DNA from: Bacteroidota bacterium
Lineage (GTDB): Bacteria > Bacteroidota > Bacteroidia > UBA7662
Direction of reading: 5' to 3'
Assembly: GCA_027485465.1 (NCBI GenBank)
Contig: JAIXRA010000016.1
Span: 6-64,005 of the forward strand
DNA length: 64,000 nucleotides
Shown: piece after piece, positions 63,349 to 64,000 of the stretch
How the letters are laid out: the number at the start of each line of letters is the position of its first letter
How positions within the stretch are numbered: the first letter of the stretch is position 1
Program-made: the position numbers and the translations under genes
Notes under the pieces: model-generated
What the model saw: the letters and a program-made list of their open reading frames with translations, nothing else
What the model was told of the DNA's origin: nothing
Databases searched by the model: none

Positions 63349-64000
63349 ATGGACCGTTTTTCGATCAAAGACATCGAAGCCTTAACAGGCATCAAGGCCG
63401 CTACCCTGCGGATGTGGGAGACTCGGTACAATCTGGTGGAGCCCAAACGCAGCACCACCAACATTCGCTATTACGATCAAGATGACCTTCGCAAGCTTCT
63501 CGGAGTAGCCGCACTGATGCGCCAAGGTGCCAAAATTTCCCACCTGGCCAAAATGCAGGCGGAGGAATTGCATCAGGCTGTCCTGCATCAGGAACTGGCC
63601 CCGTTGCCCTTGGATGAACGACTAGAGGCCCTCACCTTGGCCATGATTAGCTTGGATGAACCGGCCTTTCAGAGGCTCCTAACCCGGGCTTTTGATCAAT
63701 GCGGGGTCGAAGAGGCCATGATGGATTTGATTTTTCCTTTCTTTCGACGCATTGGCATTCTTTGGCAAACGGGGTCCATCAATCCGGCCCACGAGCATTT
63801 TATTACCAATATCATCCGCCAAAAATTAATTGTGGCGATTGATCGATTGGCTGAACAGGCCGGTCCCGGCTCATCAACAGGCCCAAGCCAGAGCGCACGG
63901 CGATACTTGTTGTACCTGCCCGAAGGCGAGTTCCATGAATTGGGTTTGCTTTTTGCGTCTTTTCTCCTCAAGGCCCGCGGTCAGCAAGTGGCCTATATTG
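63349..64000 (+). CDS. MerR-family transcriptional regulator with a CarH/LitR-type cobalamin-binding domain, 3'-truncated at the window edge
   Basis: N-terminal MerR HTH (FSIKDIEALTGIKAATLRMWETRYNL..NIRYYDQDDL). The C-terminal part carries RRYLLYLPEGEFHELGLLFASFLLKARGQQVAYI, which matches the B12-binding E-x-H-E-x-G...G motif of CarH. It is not in the ORF track because no stop falls inside the window. Confidence 0.7.
   Translation, partial: MDRFSIKDIEALTGIKAATLRMWETRYNLVEPKRSTTNIRYYDQDDLRKLLGVAALMRQGAKISHLAKMQAEELHQAVLHQELAPLPLDERLEALTLAMISLDEPAFQRLLTRAFDQCGVEEAMMDLIFPFFRRIGILWQTGSINPAHEHFITNIIRQKLIVAIDRLAEQAGPGSSTGPSQSARRYLLYLPEGEFHELGLLFASFLLKARGQQVAYI

Noticed and set aside
63382-63588. 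68-aa minus-strand ORF
   Set aside because: It lies wholly inside, and antisense to, the MerR/CarH-like regulator, whose HTH and B12 motifs are convincing.

Overview
This is a largely core, syntenic stretch of a Bacteroidota-type chromosome with moderately high GC. The phylum call rests on a T9SS-type C-terminal sorting domain, the Bacteroidetes sigma-A promoter motif TTTG..TAnnTTTG, a C-less L36, and the fusion of the ribosomal str, S10, spc and alpha operons into one. The window holds three blocks. Block 1 (2.1-17.9 kb, + strand) is a complete division/cell-wall (dcw) cluster: mraZ-rsmH-ftsL-ftsI-murE-mraY-murD-ftsW-murG-murC-ftsQ-ftsA-ftsZ. It is preceded by four GTGGG direct repeats at 10-bp spacing that match an MraZ operator. 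murF, ddl and murB are not in the cluster. It is followed directly by pntAA-pntAB-pntB and gltA. Block 2 (23.8-41.2 kb, + strand) is one roughly 17.4-kb run of ribosomal protein genes, rpsL-rpsG-fusA-rpsJ through rplQ. It includes rpmD and rpmJ, which I found by eye because they fall below the ORF-track length cutoff, plus secY, infA and rpoA. There is no tuf, map or adk. It ends in a clear rho-independent terminator and is followed by carA-eno-ftsB. Block 3 (44-64 kb) is mixed housekeeping and accessory genes. On the minus strand a tight operon runs DUF62 SAM hydroxide adenosyltransferase (fluorinase/chlorinase family) -> FabG-like SDR -> 725-aa BatA_N/VWA membrane protein -> lipoprotein. Then come phoH-purC (+), a minus-strand run EVE-pyrR-pyrB-rfbA-galE-glyA plus a PlsC-like O-acyltransferase and an OlsB/GlsB-like N-acyltransferase (a candidate glycine/ornithine lipoamino-acid lipid locus), an xseB-like small ORF, a GH3-family adenylating enzyme, pyrE, a NUDIX hydrolase, coaD, rsmD, and two hypotheticals. 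The window ends in a truncated MerR-family regulator whose C-terminus carries a CarH/LitR-type B12-binding signature (E-x-H-E-x-G), suggesting a photoreceptor. I found no CRISPR array, rRNA, tRNA or obvious mobile element. The most interesting items are the DUF62/VWA operon, the lipoamino-acid lipid genes next to glyA, the CarH-like regulator, the MraZ operator, and the repeat-bearing tail extensions on FtsZ, S3 and L17. I see no convincing evidence in this window for a novel defence or mobile system.
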